Both the position numbers and the translations under genes were made by a program. 64,000 bases of DNA from Candidatus Eiseniibacteriota bacterium (GTDB lineage: Bacteria; Eisenbacteria; RBG-16-71-46; JABDJR01). Shown piece after piece: positions 41,022 to 50,854 of this stretch; positions within the stretch are counted from its first letter, which is position 1, and every line of letters begins with the position of its first letter. A model generated the notes under the pieces. It was not told where the DNA came from, did no database searches, and saw only the letters and a list, made by a program, of their open reading frames with translations. Location: the NCBI GenBank assembly GCA_942491735.1, contig CALOCN010000001.1, forward strand, positions 832,040 to 896,039, written 5' to 3'.

Positions 41022-42077
41022 TCAGGTCGCGGTCTTGGCCCGCACCTGGTCGTACCCCAGTTGACCGCACGCGGCCAGGATGTCCAGACCCTTGGAATAG
41101 CGCACCGTCACCGTGGTGCGCCGGGACCACAGACGCCGTGCGAAGCGGTCCACCTCGTCCTCGGTGGGGCGCTCGTAGGTGAAGAGCTCCGAGGGGTTGA
41201 AGGGGATCACGTTGACCTTGGAGGGGAACCGCTCGGCGATGTCCCCCAGACGGTCCGCGTCCTCGGGGGTGTCGTTGAGCCCCCGGATCATGACGTACTC
41301 GAGGGTGACCCGGTGCCGCGAGGCCGCGGCGTACTCCTCCAGGGCCGGGAGGACCGCCTCGATGGGGTACTTCCGGTTCACCGGCATGAGTTGGCTACGC
41401 ACCTCGTTGGTGGTGGCGTTGAGGGAGAGCGCCAGGGCCACCCCGGGCCGCTCCCGGGCCAGCCGTTCGATCCCCGGCACGACGCCCACGGTGGAGATGG
41501 TGGTCCGACGCGGCCCGATGTTGAGACCGTGATCGTCGCCCAGGATGTCCAGGGCGGTGAACACCGCGTCCAGGTTGTCCATGGGCTCGCCCATGCCCAT
41601 GGCGACCAGGTTGGTCTGCCGGGTGGTCCGCGTACGTTCCCGGGTGAGGCGATGGATCTGGGCCACGATCTCGCCCGCGGTCAGCTGGCGCAGCCGGCCC
41701 ATACGGGCGGTGATGCAGAACGAGCAACCGAACGCGCAGCCCACCTGGGTGGAGAAACAGATGGTGTCTCCATAGTCGGCCGACATGAGCACGCTCTCGA
41801 TGGTGCGGCCATCGTTCAGCTTGAGGAGGTACTTGGTGGAGCCGTCCTGGGCGCTGGTCAACACCTGTTCGACTTCGGGGCCTCCGAGCCGGAGCAGGGC
41901 CCCCAGGCGGGTCCGCAACTCCTTGGGGAGGTCGGTCATGGTCTCGAAGTCGTTCATCCCATGGCGATACACGTTCACGAACACCTGACGGGCCCGATAG
42001 CGGGGCAGGCCCTGCTCCACGCACCAGGCTTCCAGCGCGGGGAGGGTGAATTCGTGGATGTCGCGGGCTTGGGTCAT
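41022..42077 (-). CDS. rlmN: 23S rRNA (adenine2503-C2)-methyltransferase RlmN (radical SAM).
   Basis: The true start is MTQARDIHEFTLPALEAWCVEQGLPRYRARQVF... The radical SAM motif is CAFGCSFCITA. The downstream Cys context is ...ISTVGV... The track ORF is over-extended upstream. Confidence 0.85.
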   Translation of the reverse strand: MTQARDIHEFTLPALEAWCVEQGLPRYRARQVFVNVYRHGMNDFETMTDLPKELRTRLGALLRLGGPEVEQVLTSAQDGSTKYLLKLNDGRTIESVLMSADYGDTICFSTQVGCAFGCSFCITARMGRLRQLTAGEIVAQIHRLTRERTRTTRQTNLVAMGMGEPMDNLDAVFTALDILGDDHGLNIGPRRTTISTVGVVPGIERLARERPGVALALSLNATTNEVRSQLMPVNRKYPIEAVLPALEEYAAASRHRVTLEYVMIRGLNDTPEDADRLGDIAERFPSKVNVIPFNPSELFTYERPTEDEVDRFARRLWSRRTTVTVRYSKGLDILAACGQLGYDQVRAKTAT

Positions 42078-42243
42078 GGTTGTAACTGGACTCCGGATAG
42101 GGGCTTGTGCAGCATAGCAACCCGGCGGAAGCGGGGCCAGCGCCGGGAACCCCCTTGATCCCGGGCGAGGACAGGTCCAAAATGAACTAATGCATTCACA
42201 TTTGTTGATGTGATTGTGCGGGACTCTTGGCGGGAGACGACGC

Positions 42244-42654
42244 ATGCACCCCAACCGACTCGTTCCCTTGCTCAAGGCGTTGGCCGAGCCCAATCGCCTG
42301 CAGTTGGTACTCCACCTTGCGGACGGGGAATCCGGTCCCGGGGACCTGGCCCACGAGTTGGGGATGAACCAGCCCAGCATTTCCCGCCATGTCCGGATCC
42401 TGCGCGATGCCGGGGTGGTGGTGGAACGACGATCCGGGCGAAACGCTTATTATTCGTTGGAAGACAACGAGTTGGTGGATTCGGTGCTGGACGTTCTGGG
42501 GCACGGTCCCGCGCGAAGGCCGATTCCCCCCGGTCTTGGGGCGACCCGGCCCGACCCCGATGCCTCCGATTCCGTCCCGGAGCCACCGGGTGACGCCGAA
42601 CCCTCGGCCGACACCCCCTCCCGGGATCGGGACATCGAGGAGTGGTTGCTCTGA
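42244..42654 (+). CDS. ArsR/SmtB-family transcriptional regulator.
   Basis: It has LLKALAEPNRLQLVLHLADGESGPGDLAHELGMNQPSISRHVRILRDAGVV, a winged HTH. Confidence 0.75.
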   Translation: MHPNRLVPLLKALAEPNRLQLVLHLADGESGPGDLAHELGMNQPSISRHVRILRDAGVVVERRSGRNAYYSLEDNELVDSVLDVLGHGPARRPIPPGLGATRPDPDASDSVPEPPGDAEPSADTPSRDRDIEEWLL

Positions 42655-42938
42655 AGCCCGCTCGGGGATTCGTTCCTGTGGATACTTCTCTTCAGAAAAG
42701 CGGGCCTTGAGCCTTCCGAATGGGGCCTGCCGGGCCTATACTGGTTGAGACGGTGTTCTGCCCCGGTTGTGCGCGGGCTGGATGCAGGATACCGATCTGC
42801 TCTGAAGGACTTTCCCTATGGTGGTAGGGATCGCGTTCTTTCAATTCACTCAGGCAAAACAGCAGCGCCCAGTCTCGTTCTCGAGTCCGTCCCCCCTGTT
42901 CGAGAAACGGGCAGACTGTCCTTTAAGGAGCGTCTCTC

Positions 42939-43211
42939 ATGAGTTTGAAGCGTTTGGGCACTCTCCTGGCCCTCCTCGCCATGTGCTGGGGAATGATGGG
43001 GGCCTTGGGGGTGATCTACGAATCCGCCGACACTGCGCTGGGGGTAGATGTCGCGTGGGCCGGTGATAACGACCGACCTACCGCGGATGCCCCGGAGAAT
43101 GAGCCACCGGCTGAAGAAGAGGAAGACGAAGGCACGGACACCACCGACGTCACGAATCGCGTGCACGACGCCGTGGAACAGTTCGTACAGCTTCTGTCGG
43201 TCTTCTTCTAG
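42939..43211 (+). CDS. Small secreted acidic protein (90 aa), hypothetical.
   Basis: AAGGAG lies 8 nt upstream. The signal peptide is MSLKRLGTLLALLAMCWGMMGALG. An acidic stretch EEEEDEG follows. Confidence 0.45.
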   Translation: MSLKRLGTLLALLAMCWGMMGALGVIYESADTALGVDVAWAGDNDRPTADAPENEPPAEEEEDEGTDTTDVTNRVHDAVEQFVQLLSVFF

Positions 43212-43288
43212 TCAGGGCTTCGTTCGGAATCGACGAACACTCCAAATCGATTCGCTGTCCCTTCGGAGGTTGGTAGGGGCAGCCGAGG

Positions 43289-46200
43289 ATGAAGATGAAC
43301 GGTTCCAGGAAGACGGAACACCGCGACGATAACGCAAGAGCGCTGTCGGACTCCTGGCAGGAGCTCCCGGATGCGGTGAAGTACGGCGACCTCTGCTATC
43401 AGGCCGAGCGGTACCGTGATGCGCTGGATGCCTACCTCAAGGTTCTCGCGACTCCCAAGGCGGGCATGCCGACCGCCATCGCGGCCCGGCTGCATTATCG
43501 GATCGCCATCTGCTACCAGCGTCGCGCCAATTATCGGCAGGCCCTGGACCATCTGGACAAGGCCCGGCAGGTCCTGCCGCGGCACATCGACAAGGTCCAG
43601 CTGGCTCGCATCTACGGCAGCCGCGGGCAGATCGTCTCGGAGATGGGGCAGTACAAGCGCGCCGAGCGCTACCTGACCTGGGCCAAGAAGCTCCTCAGTC
43701 GCACCACCGAGCACGAGGAGTTGGCCACCGTCGAGAACCGTCTGGGCGTCCTGTACTACCGTTCGGGGCGTCATCAGGAGGCGGCGCAGGCCTACTTCAA
43801 TGCGCTGGCCACCTACCGACGGGTGGGGGATACGCGGGGCGAGGTTCGCTCCCTCAACAACCTCGGTCTGCAACACAAGAACCTCTGCCAGTGGCGCGAG
43901 TCCATCCACTACCTGGATCAGGCGCGCACCCTGGCCGAGAAGATCGGCTACCACGAACTGCTCATCGCCACCAATCTCAACCTGGGCATTGCCCATCTCA
44001 AGATGGGCAAGTGGGAACTGGCCGAGGAGAACCTGGACACCGCCGAGCGGTTCGCCAACGAGTTCGGCGGCACCCTCAACGGGGTACTCATCAACTCGAC
44101 CCGGGGTTGCCTGCGCTTGCGCCGTCGTCAGTGGGACGACGCCGAGGAGATCCTGAGCACGGTCATCCGCACCGCCGAACGCGAAGGGTTCACCCGCGAA
44201 GGCATCATCGCCGAGGAGTTCCTGGGCGAAGTGTATCTGGAGCGGGGTGACCTGGATCGTGCGGCGGAGATCCTCGAGGGGACCCTGACCCGGGCCCGCG
44301 ACGTGGCACCCGAGTCCGACATGGTGGACGAGATCCTGCGCCGGCTGGCCGATGTCCGCCTGCGTCAGGGACGGCATGCCGAGGCGTTGCCACTCGCCCA
44401 GGAGGCCATGAACCTGGTGGAGCACAACGGCGACCGGTACGAACACCCGGTCGCCCTGAAGGTACTGGCGCTCGCGCACCTGGAACTGGGGAACCGGGAA
44501 CGGGGCGAGGCGCTGATGGACGAGGCCCTGGCCGAATTCGCCGAGGTCTCGGACCCGTACAACCGGGGTTGGGCGAACCTGCACTACGGGCAGTACCTGT
44601 CCCGCACCGCGCGGGCCAGTCACGACCCGGACGATTTCGAAAAGGCGCTGCTGCAGCTTCAGCGCGCCTATGGAGCGTTCCTCGACCTGGACGCCCGCAG
44701 CGCCGCCGCGGTGGCGGCCACGGAACGGGCGGAGCTGGAGAGCGCGTTCCAGCGTCTGGAGGAAGCCGCGTCCTATCGCAACAAGGCCCTGCGGATCCTT
44801 CCCCGGGGCACGGACCCGGAACTGGAAGCGCGTCTCCAGCAACTGGGCGTGGATCTCGAGGCCTCCATCACCGAGCGTTGGTCGGCCGGCGGGGACGTCC
44901 TCACGTCGCTGCGGGAGATGAAGCGCCTGTTCCAGGGAGCTTCCGGAACGGACGGCGTCCTGGAAGAGTTGACCCGACTCGTGGTGACCCGGTCCCGGTC
45001 CAGCCGGGGTTGTGTGGCCCATGTCTCGGAAGACGGCATCCGCATTGCCGCCGTGTACGGCTGGGCCGAACGGGAAGCCGAGGGGCTCCTCACCGGCCTG
45101 CAGACCCAGTTGATGCGTTCCAGCGGCGAGAATCGCCCCCTCTGGTCCAACAATCCCAACGAGGATCCGCAGTTCCGGTCCCTGTCCACCGCCTTCGGGA
45201 TCCGCAGCTTCGTGCTCCTTCCGCTCACCCTGACCGAGCAGCGTACCGGCTTTCTCTACGTGGACAAGACCGGCGAGAGCCTGGAAGGCGGGTACCAGGA
45301 GGGCGAGCTCAACCTGCTCACCGTCATGGCCAACCTCGCCGCCCTCACCATCGTGGAGCGGTGGAACCGTGAGCTGGCGGTCGAGAACAAGAAGCTCAAG
45401 GCGCAGATCGGCGACGCGGATGGCGAAACCCGGTTCGTGACCGCCAACTCGGATCTCAAGGAAACCCTGCGTCTGGTTTCCAAGGTGGCCAACAGCCCCG
45501 TCTCCATCCTCATCGAAGGGGAAACCGGGACCGGCAAGGGGCTCCTGTCCCAGGTCATCCACGACGCCTCCAACCGCCGGGATCGCCCGTTCGTGCAGAT
45601 CAACTGCGCCGCGCTTCCCGAGCAGCTCCTGGAGAGCGAACTCTTTGGTCATGTAAAGGGGGCCTTCACCGGCGCCACCTACAACAAGACCGGTCTGTTC
45701 AAGGAGGCCGAGGAAGGCACGCTGTTCCTGGACGAGGTGGACAAGACCAGCCTGGCCGTTCAGGCCAAGTTGCTCCACGTCATGGACGCCAAGGAAGTCC
45801 GGGCGGTGGGTTCGGTGAAGTCGTTCCGGGTCGATACCCGGGTCATCGTGGCCACCAACACCAACCTCATGGAGCGGATCAAGGCGGGCGAGTTCCTCGA
45901 GGACCTCTACTACCGTCTCAACGACTTCATCCTCCACGTGCCCCCCTTGCGGGAGCGTCGCGAGGACATCCCGCTCCTCATCGAGCACTTCCTGCGGAAG
46001 TTCTCCCGCCAGTATGAGCGCCCCGAGGTGCATCTCACTCCGGAGGCGCGTCGGGTGCTGCTGGAGCAGCAGTGGCGGGGCAATGTCCGGGAGCTGGAGA
46101 AGACCATCCGGCGCCTGGTCGTGCTCGCCGACGACGATGTGGCCGCGGGTATCGACCTCCTCCCTGCCGACCTGCTGTCCCCCGGGGCGCAACGCAAGGT

Positions 46201-46378
46201 CTCGGCATCGACCACGCTCCGCGACGAAGTGGCCAAGACGGAGCGTCGCGTGATCAGCGACGCCCTGCGCGCCAACGGGTGGAACAAGGCCCAGGTCGCG
46301 CGCGAGCTGAAGATCTCGTATCCCTGTCTTCTCAAGAAGATCAAGGACTTCGGGCTCGAGAAGCCGACCGTCGCGTAA
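43289..46378 (+). CDS. Sigma-54-dependent transcriptional activator with N-terminal TPR repeats and a GAF-like domain.
   Basis: TPR-like repeats span ~residues 30-500. The sigma-54 AAA+ domain has GETGTGKGLLSQVIH and FGHVKGAFTGA. The C-terminal Fis HTH is ...KAQVARELKISYPCLLKKI. Confidence 0.85.
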   Translation: MKMNGSRKTEHRDDNARALSDSWQELPDAVKYGDLCYQAERYRDALDAYLKVLATPKAGMPTAIAARLHYRIAICYQRRANYRQALDHLDKARQVLPRHIDKVQLARIYGSRGQIVSEMGQYKRAERYLTWAKKLLSRTTEHEELATVENRLGVLYYRSGRHQEAAQAYFNALATYRRVGDTRGEVRSLNNLGLQHKNLCQWRESIHYLDQARTLAEKIGYHELLIATNLNLGIAHLKMGKWELAEENLDTAERFANEFGGTLNGVLINSTRGCLRLRRRQWDDAEEILSTVIRTAEREGFTREGIIAEEFLGEVYLERGDLDRAAEILEGTLTRARDVAPESDMVDEILRRLADVRLRQGRHAEALPLAQEAMNLVEHNGDRYEHPVALKVLALAHLELGNRERGEALMDEALAEFAEVSDPYNRGWANLHYGQYLSRTARASHDPDDFEKALLQLQRAYGAFLDLDARSAAAVAATERAELESAFQRLEEAASYRNKALRILPRGTDPELEARLQQLGVDLEASITERWSAGGDVLTSLREMKRLFQGASGTDGVLEELTRLVVTRSRSSRGCVAHVSEDGIRIAAVYGWAEREAEGLLTGLQTQLMRSSGENRPLWSNNPNEDPQFRSLSTAFGIRSFVLLPLTLTEQRTGFLYVDKTGESLEGGYQEGELNLLTVMANLAALTIVERWNRELAVENKKLKAQIGDADGETRFVTANSDLKETLRLVSKVANSPVSILIEGETGTGKGLLSQVIHDASNRRDRPFVQINCAALPEQLLESELFGHVKGAFTGATYNKTGLFKEAEEGTLFLDEVDKTSLAVQAKLLHVMDAKEVRAVGSVKSFRVDTRVIVATNTNLMERIKAGEFLEDLYYRLNDFILHVPPLRERREDIPLLIEHFLRKFSRQYERPEVHLTPEARRVLLEQQWRGNVRELEKTIRRLVVLADDDVAAGIDLLPADLLSPGAQRKVSASTTLRDEVAKTERRVISDALRANGWNKAQVARELKISYPCLLKKIKDFGLEKPTVA

Positions 46379-46619
46379 CAACCTCCTCACAAACATGACA
46401 ACTGAGCCGGGTTCCGCCGACCCGGCCTATCAATTTGTTTTACAGGGCTAACTGCATACCGGGCCGGTTCTTGTCCGAAATGGCATTTGATGGTGGGAAC
46501 TTGGTTTATACCGCTGGTTCCGCCGCTCCCGGCGACGCACCTCCAGGGAAGCTGAAACCCTTGATCTAGCAGGCTTTCCGCCAACGGCTTAGCGGCTAAC
46601 GGGTGCAATCCCCCGAAAC

Positions 46620-46636
46620 TGGCACAGCCCCTGCAT
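46620..46636 (+). promoter_or_regulatory. Sigma-54 (-24/-12) promoter.
   Basis: The sequence TGGCACagcccCTGCAt has GG and GC elements at the canonical 10-nt spacing, matching the TGGCAC-N5-TTGCW consensus. It lies immediately upstream of the AAA ATPase ORF. Confidence 0.6.
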
Positions 46637-46646
46637 ATACAGGTGC

Positions 46647-48242
46647 GTGGAGGGGGGACCTCCAAAGCCGTCAGCCGTCGGGTTCCAGAGACGACTTGCT
46701 TTGCAGCTCAGTCGACCACCGGATCTGGAACCCGATGGTGCGGCCTTGCACCTCGCAGGGAAAGACAAGGTGATCCTCGTGCGCCGCGAGACACTCCAGG
46801 CTTTCAAAGACCAGTTTGAATACCTCGCCGATTGCTTCGAGCTCATTCGAAAGCGCGGCGACGCGTACAACATCCGCAACGAAGCCACCGAGACCGAACG
46901 CATGGTCCGGTACAGCGAACGCACCGGCTTCGAATCCGAGCGGAGCCACCTGCTCGAGATCTACCACGGCATCGAAGCCGAGGTCCGTCGCAAGGAACGG
47001 GAGATCCGCGCCCGGGTCAAGGAAACCCGATCCGGCGGAACCACGTTCCCCCTGGACGCCTTCGTCGAGCGGCACCGCCTCTCCCCGGAAGAGCTCCAGA
47101 TCCTTCTCGTGCTGCTCTACAACGAGTCGGTGGGCCGCAACCACGCCCGGTTCACCTCGGGCAACGAGATTCTCAACCTGCTTTTCCCCAACCCGGTGAG
47201 CGCGCTCAAGGCGTCGCGGTACCTGGACCTGGGGTCGACCCTGCTCGACGACGAGCTGATCCGCGTCACTTCCGACGACGAAGCGGCGAACTTCCTCCGT
47301 GCGACCTACGAGGTTTCCGAGACCACCCTCCACGAGGTGCTGGGGACCGGAGACCGCGAGACGTTCAAGGCGCGGCAGGCGGCGTCACGATCCGCACAGA
47401 CGACCGAAGGGCCGTTCCGGATCGTCACCCCGCGTGTCACCCTGGACCGCGTCGTCATGGAGGGGAAGCTTCGCGAGGGGATCGAGGAAGTCCTGTGGCA
47501 GGCCGAGGAAGGCGACCGGCTGTTCCGGCACTGGGGTCTGGACCAGGTCCTGGAGAAGGGGAAGGGGACCATCGTCCTCTTCACCGGCCCTCCAGGAACC
47601 GGCAAAACCATGACCGCCGAAGCCATGGCCCAGCACCTGGGGCGTCAGCTCTACATCGCGGACTACGCCGAACTCGAGAGCAAGTGGATCGGCGAGACCG
47701 AGAAGAACATCGTCTCCATCTTTTCCGCGGCGGCCCAGGCGGGCGCGGTCCTGCTTCTCGACGAGGCGGACGCGATCCTCTCCAGCCGTCTGGACGGCGG
47801 GCACTACAACGACCGTGCCTACAACCGTCAGGTGAGCATTCTTCTCACCGAGCTCGAGGCCTACGACGGGGTGGCCATTCTGACCACCAACCGTTCCGTG
47901 TCCCTGGACACCGGTCTCGCGCGACGCATTTCCGCCACCTTCGAGTTCGACGTGCCCACCCCGCAGGAGCGGGCCCGCATCTGGGACGGTCTGTTGCCGG
48001 CCAAGATCGGCCGGGGGCCGGATGTGAACCTCGAGGTATTGGCGAACAAGTTCGAAATGTCGGGCGGCCATATCAAGAACGCGGTGTTGACCGCGGTTCG
48101 CAAGGCGGCCCGTCGGGACGGCAAAGAGGCCGTCCTGTTGCAGAGAGATTTGGTGGAGGCGGCGGCAGCCGAGCAACTGAGCTTCCATCCGTGTTCCCGC
48201 AGGATCGGATTCCGCGAGGCACCCGCCGCTTCCTACTCTTGA
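46647..48242 (+). CDS. AAA+ family ATPase with an N-terminal helical domain. The start codon is uncertain.
   Basis: The Walker A motif is GPPGTGKTMTAEAMA and the Walker B motif is VLLLDEAD. The track GTG start at 46647 abuts the predicted sigma-54 transcription start. A downstream start (GTG ~46770 or ATG 46902) is more likely. Confidence 0.7.
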   Translation: MEGGPPKPSAVGFQRRLALQLSRPPDLEPDGAALHLAGKDKVILVRRETLQAFKDQFEYLADCFELIRKRGDAYNIRNEATETERMVRYSERTGFESERSHLLEIYHGIEAEVRRKEREIRARVKETRSGGTTFPLDAFVERHRLSPEELQILLVLLYNESVGRNHARFTSGNEILNLLFPNPVSALKASRYLDLGSTLLDDELIRVTSDDEAANFLRATYEVSETTLHEVLGTGDRETFKARQAASRSAQTTEGPFRIVTPRVTLDRVVMEGKLREGIEEVLWQAEEGDRLFRHWGLDQVLEKGKGTIVLFTGPPGTGKTMTAEAMAQHLGRQLYIADYAELESKWIGETEKNIVSIFSAAAQAGAVLLLDEADAILSSRLDGGHYNDRAYNRQVSILLTELEAYDGVAILTTNRSVSLDTGLARRISATFEFDVPTPQERARIWDGLLPAKIGRGPDVNLEVLANKFEMSGGHIKNAVLTAVRKAARRDGKEAVLLQRDLVEAAAAEQLSFHPCSRRIGFREAPAASYS

Positions 48243-48757
48243 TCGGGGGCACCGCAGGGTGTCCGCAAACGAAAATACACGGTGGGAGGCTGGGGGTCGC
48301 TCCTCCGGCCTATCCAGGCTCCGCCGGCGACCGGGTTTGTGATCCGGGCAACGGTGGGGCTCCTTCCCTGCGATTCGGGTTTCGACTCGACTCGTTTCGG
48401 TGGAGGTGCAAGTAGGGGACGGGGGTTCTATCGAGCGCAGGCCCCCGTTCCCGCCTTTCCCACTTCGGTTGCGTGAGAAACAACCGGAGACCTGTCGCCG
48501 GTTTTTCAAGATGGTTTTACCGCCGGCAGGGGTCGTTCAGATTCGTTCGGGTGTCGTGAGTTCTCGGCTCACAGACCATATATGGGGGATGTCCAGGCTG
48601 GTGCCAGAACCCTCCCGATACTCGAACTTGGAGGCGGCGTCGGACCCCTTGGCCCGACGCCGTTTCTTGTATGGGCGGTTGCTTGTTAAGGCCGTGTTAG
48701 ATTGGGGATGTTCGCCTCGATCCCACCGAGACCCACCGCCCTTCGAGGAGGACTCGG

Positions 48758-49645
48758 ATGCTGCCCAGGTGTATTTGCCTCATGGCCATCGGACTGCTGC
48801 TCCTTCTCTTCCCATTCCTGATCGGGCCTCTTCCCGCCCAGGCCGGCACCCAGGACGGTGCCGTGGTCGCCCTGCATTCGAAGGCGAGGGCCGCCAAGCC
48901 CACGCTGGTGTGTGCCGGGGATCCGGCCAGCGAGGACCCGGTGACCCAGGGGATCGCGTGTTCCGACTTTGACACGAGTCCCCAACCCTTGGAGACGGGG
49001 CGCGATGTCTATCTGGTGGTCGGCAGAGCCGACCCGGTGCCCGGGATTGCCGGGGTGTCCTGTGGCGTCCTGTACGAGAGCAGCAACGTGGGTGTTTTCG
49101 ACTGGACCCTGTGTGCGGATCTGGAGTTCCCGTCCGGCGGTTGGCCCGCTTCCGGGGCCGGCAATCGGATCACCTGGATTGCCGCCACCAATTGCCAGAC
49201 CACCACGATCGGCACCGATGGGGTACACGCCGTGGCCGGGGCGTTCTACCTGTATGCCTACGGCAATGGGACGTTCGAGGTGGGACCCAATTTCAGCCTG
49301 GGTGGATTCGGTGAGTTCCGGGTCGCAGACTGCGGTGCCGCGGAGTCGGACGTCGTAACTCACGGATCGGTTGTCGGCTTTGGCGATGAGCAAGGATACA
49401 CCCCCTGTTCATTGCACGAGGTGTTTCCCTGCACGGTCCACACCCCGGACGCTCCCAAGCACTGTTGTTGCACGGACGAGTTCCCGCCGTTCGAGTACGA
49501 GTTCGTTTGGGAGCAGTACTGCGAGCATCATGAAGGCACGGTGATCACCGGCACCTGCTCGATGTCCTGTGAACAGATCTGTGCCGGCGCCGTGCCGGTG
49601 GAGCGAACCAGTTGGGGGCTGATCAAGGCGGGCCGAGGAGAGTAG
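48758..49645 (+). CDS. Secreted Cys-rich protein. It carries one copy of the ~140-aa domain shared with the 1074..4307 protein.
   Basis: The signal peptide is MLPRCICLMAIGLLLLLFPFLIGPLPAQA. The domain runs DVYLVVGRADPVPGIAGVSCGVLYESSNVGVFDWTLCADLEFPSGGWPASGAGNRITW...GAFYLYAYGNGTFEVG...VADCGAAESD...VVGFGDEQGYTPC. The C-terminal tail has 12 Cys, including CCC. Confidence 0.6.
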   Translation: MLPRCICLMAIGLLLLLFPFLIGPLPAQAGTQDGAVVALHSKARAAKPTLVCAGDPASEDPVTQGIACSDFDTSPQPLETGRDVYLVVGRADPVPGIAGVSCGVLYESSNVGVFDWTLCADLEFPSGGWPASGAGNRITWIAATNCQTTTIGTDGVHAVAGAFYLYAYGNGTFEVGPNFSLGGFGEFRVADCGAAESDVVTHGSVVGFGDEQGYTPCSLHEVFPCTVHTPDAPKHCCCTDEFPPFEYEFVWEQYCEHHEGTVITGTCSMSCEQICAGAVPVERTSWGLIKAGRGE

Positions 49646-49682
49646 CGCGGTCCCCCCGGGTGGAATCCCTGCCGGGCCACCC

Positions 49683-49702
49683 GACTTTACCCGGGTAAAG
49701 TC
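49683..49702. repeat. Perfect 20-bp palindrome GACTTTACCCGGGTAAAGTC.
   Basis: It lies between the Cys-rich protein gene and the CPBP protease gene. A pyrimidine-rich GCTTCTTCTC follows it. It may be a terminator hairpin or a dimeric-regulator operator. Confidence 0.5.
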
Positions 49703-49744
49703 GCTTCTTCTCAGCCTCCCCGGGGCGACTGCTAGACTCTCCCG

Positions 49745-50662
49745 ATGAGCGACCACCCGGTTCCGCCGCCGCCGGAGCCTGCGGATCTCCTGGATCCACC
49801 GGATCCGCCATCCGTGCCCCCCGCGGCGCCGGCCAAGCCCTTTCCCGGACTTCTCCAGTCCACCGGACTCCTTGTCCTGGTCGCGGTGGTCATGGGCATC
49901 GTCCACGTCTCGCTCCTGCTCGTCCGTGGATCGGACGCCACGGATCGTGACCTTTGGAACCTCGCCTTGGCCAACCTGGTCGGGTTCCTGGTCATTGCCT
50001 GGGCCGGTTGGAAGCGCACCCGTCGCCCGGCGGCGCGGGTGTTTGCCTTGCGGCCCTCCACCCTCCGCCTCCTGCCCCCGCTTCTCGTTGTGTCGGTCAC
50101 CGGCATGTTGGTCACCGCCTTCGGCGTGGATGCCCTGTTCGGTTTTCTTCCCCTTCCCGAGAGCATCAACGACCTGCTGGAAGAGTTCAGCGAGACCCTG
50201 AGCCACATCGTCATCACCGCACTCCCCTCGGCTATTGTCGCCGTGGTGATCGTGGCGCCGCTCTCCGAGGAGTTCTTCTTCCGCGGCCTCGTCCTGGACG
50301 GGTTCCGCAAGCGCTACGGCGACGCCCATGCCGTCGTGTTCAGCGCGTTCCTGTTCGGCTTCTTCCACCTGATTCCCACCCAGGCGGTGTACGCGTTCTT
50401 TGTCGGGCTCTTCCTGGGTTGGCTGCGTCTGCGCACCGGGTCCCTCTACCCGTGCCTCTTCGTCCATGCCGTGGTCAACGGCGTGGCCGTGGCCATCATG
50501 CGTCTGGAAGCCACCCACGAACCGCTGGAGCCCACCGGGTCCAGCCTGCCCGGGATCCTCATGGCGCTGGTCATCCTCCTCCTGGGTGCAAGGTGGCTCA
50601 GCGTCTCGCTGCCCCCCGCGTCGGCCTCGGTCCAGCCCCCGACACATCCCGCCGCCCTGTAG
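49745..50662 (+). CDS. CPBP-family intramembrane metalloprotease (CAAX protease / Abi family).
   Basis: Motif 1 is PLSEEFFFRGLV (EExxxR). Motif 2 is FGFFHL (FxxxH). Motif 3 is HAVVNG (HxxxN). Multiple TM helices are present. Confidence 0.8.
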   Translation: MSDHPVPPPPEPADLLDPPDPPSVPPAAPAKPFPGLLQSTGLLVLVAVVMGIVHVSLLLVRGSDATDRDLWNLALANLVGFLVIAWAGWKRTRRPAARVFALRPSTLRLLPPLLVVSVTGMLVTAFGVDALFGFLPLPESINDLLEEFSETLSHIVITALPSAIVAVVIVAPLSEEFFFRGLVLDGFRKRYGDAHAVVFSAFLFGFFHLIPTQAVYAFFVGLFLGWLRLRTGSLYPCLFVHAVVNGVAVAIMRLEATHEPLEPTGSSLPGILMALVILLLGARWLSVSLPPASASVQPPTHPAAL

Positions 50663-50773
50663 CACCGCTGCGACACACCCGAGGCCCGGCGACTACGGAG
50701 TCCGTCTCATCCAAGGCACGGGCATCCTGCCTACTTTGCTGCACGCCAAGTGCTTAAGGCGATATCCCTCCTT

Positions 50774-50790
50774 TGGCATCGCCCTTGCTC
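50774..50790 (+). promoter_or_regulatory. Sigma-54 (-24/-12) promoter.
   Basis: The sequence TGGCATcgcccTTGCTc has canonical GG/GC spacing. It lies ~65 nt upstream of the ATG at 50855. Confidence 0.55.
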
Positions 50791-50854
50791 TATGTGTTAG
50801 GCGAAGGCGGCACGCGCCGATTCCCGGGTGGTGCCGAAAGTCGAGGATAGAGCG

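Noticed and set aside
48541-48640. A possible sigma-54 promoter (TGGTGCCAGAACCCTCCC) upstream of the Cys-rich protein gene.
   Set aside because: The -12 GC element is missing at the required spacing.
48243-48757. A 515-bp intergenic gap with small ORFs (48282..48476, 48400..48972) and an imperfect GC hairpin at about 48415-48450.
   Set aside because: The ORFs lack an RBS and overlap the real start of the next gene in another frame. The hairpin has no T-tract. A possible 5' UTR or sRNA cannot be settled from sequence alone.
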